From the NCBI GenBank assembly GCA_002633005.1, contig NMRA01000019.1:1636690-1678855 (forward strand): a stretch of DNA of 42,166 bases, in the 5' to 3' direction. This document shows, in pieces, positions 38,339-42,166 of the stretch (the stretch's first letter is position 1; the number at the start of each line of letters is the position of its first letter). The stretch is from Phoronis australis. Taxonomy: Eukaryota > Animalia > Phoronida. The notes below the pieces were generated by a model. That model saw only the letters and a program-made list of their open reading frames with translations. It searched no databases and was not told where the DNA came from. The position numbers and the translations under genes were made by a program.

Positions 38339-38569
38339 GTTATGTCTGTCCTACTATAATTGCTAATATTTTGCTTGAACGCTTACCTTCCTGTTTGCGG
38401 ATGAAAGTGCAGTCTAGGTGAGTTCTGCACTTCGTGAATTTGACGCTAGATCCGACACATTTGCTCTTATTTTTAACATCATCTGATTGCAAGCACTCCC
38501 TGACCGCCCTAATCTTGCCATATCCACATGTGACGCTGCAACTGCCCACTGCTGTCCACTCAAGCCATA
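31432..38569 (-). CDS. Spliced gene, 5'-incomplete: TSP1 domain - divergent TSP1-like domain - TM helix - about 240-aa cytoplasmic region
   Basis: Proposed exons 38569-38387, 32653-32589, 32497-32332 and 32267-31432 are all GT-AG and phase compatible (1,1,0,1). The start/signal exon was not located. A minus-strand AATAAA lies at 30953-30958. Confidence 0.6.
32332..32653 (-). CDS. Two small exons (32653-32589, 32497-32332) forming a divergent TSP1-like module
   Basis: The spliced product is EWQQVSVVKSQCLPHGKLDSKL/LMCAHGTISTRLEF...CPTADNYETHSCP. There is a pyrimidine tract before 32653. The introns are 91 and 64 nt, and the 64-nt intron puts the module in frame with the last exon. Confidence 0.5.
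34300..34475 (-). repeat. (TAT)n microsatellite (34300-34397), probably the (AAT)n tail of a truncated retroposon
   Basis: About 32 TAT units sit next to gagggtagcccc...ttccatggggg, which resembles a LINE 3' stem-loop. The microsatellite is certain; the retroposon origin is inferred. Confidence 0.7.
34780..35111 (-). pseudogene. Frameshifted THAP domain, N-terminus of a Kolobok transposase
   Basis: MARCVFPACG / FRFP*...KWLAV / LRVC / SDWHCFDSDF / LRLRSDVVPSVF (AVPTIF-like motif) occur in the correct order across frameshifts. Confidence 0.75.
35340..36620 (-). mobile_element. Non-LTR retrotransposon (LINE) reverse transcriptase pseudogene
   Basis: RT motifs in order: APGTDGV...SWQSGPVPCEW, LELEDG*NAV, GLP*ETPLSRLLFNIYT, LGVFFHRQLSFTAHVNKV. 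Stops and frameshifts are present. Confidence 0.88.
36649..37426. mobile_element. Cluster of three MITEs (36649-36751, about 36870-37089, 37105-37426)
   Basis: The first has ATTGTCGGC/GCCGACAAT termini. The third starts CATAGGCGGGTTTAG and matches the 9797 and 10087 copies. Confidence 0.55.
37427..37999 (+). mobile_element. Solo LTR of the same family as the 40250-40882 LTR
   Basis: TGTCA...GCGACA. 37427-37760 aligns to the reverse complement of 40600-40882. TATAAATA at about 37746. Flanks TATGC/CATGC are a possible TSD. The 3' end is less certain. Confidence 0.75.
38065..38337 (+). mobile_element. tRNA-derived SINE with (TA)n tail and 11-bp TSD
   Basis: A box TGGCCTGGTTG, B box GGTTCAAGTCC, (TA)n at 38295-38334, and TGTTATGTCTG repeated at 38054-38064 and 38338-38348. 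Confidence 0.85.
38387..38569 (-). CDS. Thrombospondin type 1 (TSP1) exon
   Basis: WLEWTAVGSCSVTCGYGKIRAVRECLQ...KCVGSSVKFTKC...C carries the WxxW, CSVTCG and RxxRxC signature. ATTTCAG/GTAAGC, phase 1-1. Confidence 0.88.
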
Positions 38570-40249
38570 CTGAAATCATTGATTTAATGTACTAATAACG
38601 GTGCAGAGGTTCATTTTCAAGAAGTTTGTGGCACTGTTGTCATCTCGTAATTACACAGTGACAACACGGTAACTTGGCACCGTTTAACCAACATGCCATT
38701 TGATCATACCCTGAACCCGGGTCTAAGAGTTTGCATTGAAATGAATTGAAAACGAATTAAAACGTTAGCTTAATTTCGAATCGTATCTCCGGCAATGCAT
38801 TTAAGCGTATGCCTGGAAATATCAGGGAGAATTCATCCTGATTACTCACTGATATGTTTAGAACCAGAGTATTGTGAACAGCATTGTTATGCATTACTCA
38901 GCTCCTCCCACAAAAGTGCCTCGACATGGCAACACACGGGTTGGACAGGAACCAATACTGAACTACACGTGATCAGAAGCCGTCTCTTGAAAAGTCGAGA
39001 TGCTGAAACTCTGCGGTGAAAACGTTTTTAGAATTTGGACGCTTGACGTTTAGATAACGAATCTTGGTTATAAGAGACGTTTTGCAAAGCGACAAGATCA
39101 TGAACTATCACGCTTGTACGTGTGTCGTGAAAGTAAACGTAAACCAAATAACTGAGCTCAGGGTGTCAAATTATCGTAGCACATTTTCGCTAGATCACAA
39201 ACTGCTTAAATATCACTATGTGAATGCAGCTTCTTTTATTTCCATTCTCATAGCATGTAACACAAATCAGTCAATTCAATTTACTGTACATGTATTCATA
39301 TTTTTAGTTAAGTTTGCGATGAGGTTTAACATGCTGTGTTCTACATGTACAGAAGCCTCCCCTCCTTTTTTTCTTTTCCTTTAAAAAATTTCCCCGTTCC
39401 AGTGTTATCTCTTGCTCACGTATTTTCATACCGGCATCATGTTTTTGAGGAAGTTGATGGACAAACACATAAACGTTTTACAGAATCTTGAATGAAGTAG
39501 GTTTTTTAATTCTATTGTATTGTATTTTACGTTAGTATATTCTGGTACAGGTATGCAAGATTGTATTATATGTTGAATTCGAAAAAAGTCATTTCTCCCA
39601 AATCATGTGAAAAATGGTCAACTGTTATAATGCGTAATTCATTTGCAGTTTAAATAAACAGATGCATAAAAATTTAGTAAAAATTAGAAATGAACACAAA
39701 ATAGCATATGCTACAAATTCATCCTAGTTCGATGATATCCAGCGAAACCCAGCTGAATAAGCATTTTTGAAAAAGGTCTTCCTTCAGCTATATTTTAAAG
39801 AGTTCCTCCATGCATTTTCCTAGTTTTTGATGTTTGAGTTTGCTAATATGAAACGAATGTTAACTAAATCAGCACATTTCATGCCAAATACTCGCGATTT
39901 TTTTTCAATTTTGAAGAAGAATTAATTATTTCTAAATTTCCCACCAAATGATGACAACCAATTCGATTTCCCATTTTGCAAATGTTCTTTGGGTTTGAGG
40001 CGGTATGAACTCGACCCACTTGTACGACAAATGCTGCAGACATATGTGAGCCACAACCAAGTGAGCCAAGGGTTGGTCAATATTCGCAAACTTTAATAAT
40101 GATCACTGACATACGGCACAGTAAACCTGGGTTACTCGTATTTACTACTGCTATGACTGAATGAGCACAGTCAAAACACAATACATAACCTAGACAGTGA
40201 CCTCTGTCTCTACTGGAAGCTTTTTGGCGAAGGACTGCTCAAAGAAAAG

Positions 40250-40882
40250 TGTCACGTTTTTCCACGTAAGTGGCTGGTCGCAGATTCTTACAGACCTTTG
40301 CTAATAGTTTTTAGTGCGACGACAGACTGAAGACTCGCTCGAGTTAATAACTTTATTAATCTCGACTGTACATTCACAAGCCTACCCAAACAAAACGCCC
40401 GACGTATTGTCTGCTATAGGCTCCAGCCAGTGCTGGAAAGCCTTGACTTGTGATGGATTTCTGGCTGGCTCTCTTTTGGCTATCGCTGTAACTTCTGGTT
40501 CTCTTCACTGCTACTCTTTAACTGCTTAACTGCTTTACTCCGACTGCTGAGGTGCTTAACTTCTCCTGCTGGACTGTTTTTCTCTTCACTTATGCAATCC
40601 CATTCTTGTGTATTTATAGACTAATGCGATGTTCTAGAACTTTTCACCTTTTTAAGCATGTTCGAGAACTTTCCGGAATCCACCCAATCATTCTACAAAC
40701 GTATACCAGTCTCTAGAATATTCCAGGCTGCGTTAATCACTTTCATGCTAGAGTCTCCTTGAAAGTTCCATACTATACTGTAGTAAACAAATTATATCAT
40801 CATTGTACTGAACTCAGGGGCCATTTCAATCAAACAAAACATAACATTACAACTAAAAACAGTGACAGTCGATATTTTGACA
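40250..40882 (-). mobile_element. 3' LTR of a Gypsy/Ty3 retrotransposon
   Basis: The minus strand runs TGTCAA...CGTGACA. A G-rich PPT-like TTTGGCGGAGGTGTGT lies just upstream. TATAAATA at about 40611-40618 and AATAAA at 40352-40357. Confidence 0.8.
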
Positions 40883-40989
40883 ACACACCTCCGCCAAAGA
40901 GAAAATTACTCTATAATTTTCTATCACAAAATCCTCTGCCTCTGTATCCGTCTCCAAGGTCCTCCTTGACTTGCAGACTCTGATAGTCG

Positions 40990-41745
40990 ACTTAAGTAAT
41001 CTGGAAAGACGTTTGATTGTTGTCTGCTATGTTTTCCTCGTGTTCGTGATACGCCTTCAACAGATCGGCATGGAAGATTTTACTGTTGCCGTTCATGTTG
41101 ATTCTGTAGTACATACAGTTGACTTTTTCTTTGACTATGTAAGGCCCCTTCCAATGAAGATTAAGATTATTGTGGTCTGTGGGGAGTAATACCAACACTC
41201 TTGGTCCCACTTGAAACTGCCTATCTCTGGCCTTCTTGTCGTAGTAATGCTTGTGAATACCCTGTGAATTATGCAAGCTTTTTCTAGCCAACTTGCAGGT
41301 CTCCTCTAAGCGGTTCCTGAGCTCGAAGAAATGCTGGTATGTATTTCGGAATTCGTTGTTGTCTTCTCCTGTCCAGGATTCCCTCAGGATTTGAAATTGA
41401 CCTTTTAGTGTGCTGCCGTATAGCACCTGAAAGAGTGAAAATCCTGTGGTTGATTGCGGGACCTCCCGGTAAGCAAACAGGACAGCTGGCAGATACCGGT
41501 CTCAGTCCTTTTGCCATTCTTGACATATCTCCTTCACTATGGTTTTTAGAACATCGTTGATTCTTTCACAGAACTCGTTACAGCGTGGATTGTAAGGGGG
41601 CGTGTATTGCTGTTGTGTACCCAAAAGACTGCTGACCTACTGCATCAGTTTCGCTGTGAACTTTGTTCCAATATCACTTTTTTAATGTCATGTCGTGAAC
41701 ACATCCACTAAAACAAGAAACTGTAGGAACACCGTATTTATCCAC
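40990..41745 (-). mobile_element. Gypsy/Ty3 integrase pseudogene (core + GPY/F region), 5'-truncated
   Basis: SDIGTKFTAKLM, TPPYNPRCNEFCERIN, RYLPAVLFAYREVPQSTTGFSLFQVLYG, YYDKKARDRQFQVG, WKGPY, FHADLLKAY, with frameshifts and stops. Confidence 0.92.
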
Positions 41746-42166
41746 CTTCACTCTTATCAGGCTTCTATTGTGAGTCAGCATGCGTGAATAATTGGCTGAT
41801 AAACCACCTCTGGAACTACTTTTGGCTGAATGGATGACCAGGCCATAAAATGATAATATTAGCCAAGAACAGTTAGTAATGCATCAAAGAATATTGTCGT
41901 AGTATCATCTAGCCTTGGTGGAAAGCTGTATACTGTATTGGCTCTAATAAACGCTTAGAAAAAATCATTTCACGGGGAGGGGATTCTTATTGTAGCCTAC
42001 GGTAGTTGAAAGCCGGTTTCCCAAACGGGTAAAATCGGAAGCTAGGATTCATAAAATTTACGCTTTGTGACGAATTTTAGCCTATGACAGTCTTTCTACA
42101 AAATTGTGGTGCATTGCTATGAACTTCCGTTGTTAAATTACGATAATTTTTCAAAAAATTGTGCTC

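Overview
This is eukaryotic DNA, probably from an invertebrate animal: it has GT-AG spliced genes, no operons and dense transposon debris. The species cannot be determined. I assembled two minus-strand spliced genes by hand. (1) A 7-exon, 430-aa type I membrane protein (17536 to 12114): signal peptide, about 50 Gly-X-Y collagen triplets, three calcium-binding-EGF-like modules, a TM helix and a cytoplasmic tail. This is the most interesting feature. (2) A 5'-incomplete TSP1-TSP1-like-TM protein (38569 to 31432) whose 5.7-kb intron is almost entirely stacked transposons. A 3.7-kb degenerate tandem array (about 2480-6220) encodes a frameshifted Pro/Tyr-rich repeat of about 17 aa. Mobile DNA includes two clear and one probable TTAA-flanked Kolobok-type elements (THAP and KolX-like remnants), a Gypsy integrase plus LTR, a related solo LTR, LINE RT remnants, tRNA-derived SINEs, hAT-like MITEs and a foldback, a Crypton-like hairpin element, a degenerate hammerhead ribozyme and a perfect 58-bp palindrome. 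Two near-exact duplications next to single-N joins look like assembly artefacts. All family assignments come from recognising motifs by eye; no database search was run.
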